A DNA stretch of 64,000 nt from Guillardia theta CCMP2712 (Eukaryota > Protista > Cryptophyta). Under the pieces are notes generated by a model. The model did no database searches. It had not been told where the DNA came from and worked only from the letters and a program-made list of their open reading frames with translations. Positions 63,942 to 64,000 of the stretch are shown here, piece by piece; the first letter of the stretch is position 1, and every line of letters starts with the position of its first letter. Location of the stretch: assembly GCF_000315625.1 (NCBI RefSeq), contig NW_005434646.1:397626-461625 (forward strand), given 5' to 3'. The position numbers were made by a program, and so were the translations under genes.

Positions 63942-64000
63942 ATGGCGGAGGCTACAACGATGATGCTGTTGTTGGCGCTTGAGCTGCCGACGATGATCGT
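63942..64000 (+). CDS. Start of the second CRN-like gene copy (truncated by window end)
   Basis: Sequence identical to 58347 onward (MAEATTMMLLLALELPTMI). Confidence 0.6.
   Translation, partial: MAEATTMMLLLALELPTMI

Larger units (their letters stand above)
55561..64000. repeat. Tandem segmental duplication, unit ~5.7 kb (copy 1 ~55561-61282; copy 2 from ~61283 to window end)
   Basis: Identical ORF sets at offsets 5684/5589/5625; both copies start gaagtc.ggaggtaaaactacaaagtcaggt. Confidence 0.95.

Overview
Gene-dense eukaryotic nuclear DNA with many short (~45-60 nt) GT-AG introns and GA/CT-rich low-complexity tracts. The style suggests a cryptophyte alga such as Guillardia theta (inference). 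Core genes: SART3/Prp24-like (partial), an RCC1-repeat/coiled-coil protein, a three-domain lipid enzyme (Mpo1/DUF962-like + HxD..H dioxygenase-like + PEMT-like), a Grp170/HYOU1-type Hsp70, ASH2L, an SCP2/archaeal-type thiolase, a sirtuin, a single-domain voltage-gated cation channel, a head-to-head CENPJ(SAS-4)/HMMR pair, and an importin-beta with a signal peptide plus a ubiquitin-tail-like FRLRGG leader. Two accessory blocks: (i) 16.6-26.8 kb, an STPR-repeat ORF followed by a ~2-kb tandem array with 5 copies of an orphan 346-aa gene and 4 spacers; (ii) 55.6-64 kb, a ~5.7-kb tandem duplication carrying a Crinkler-like P-loop NTPase + restriction-endonuclease gene. Exon boundaries were read by eye and are approximate. 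No database search was run.
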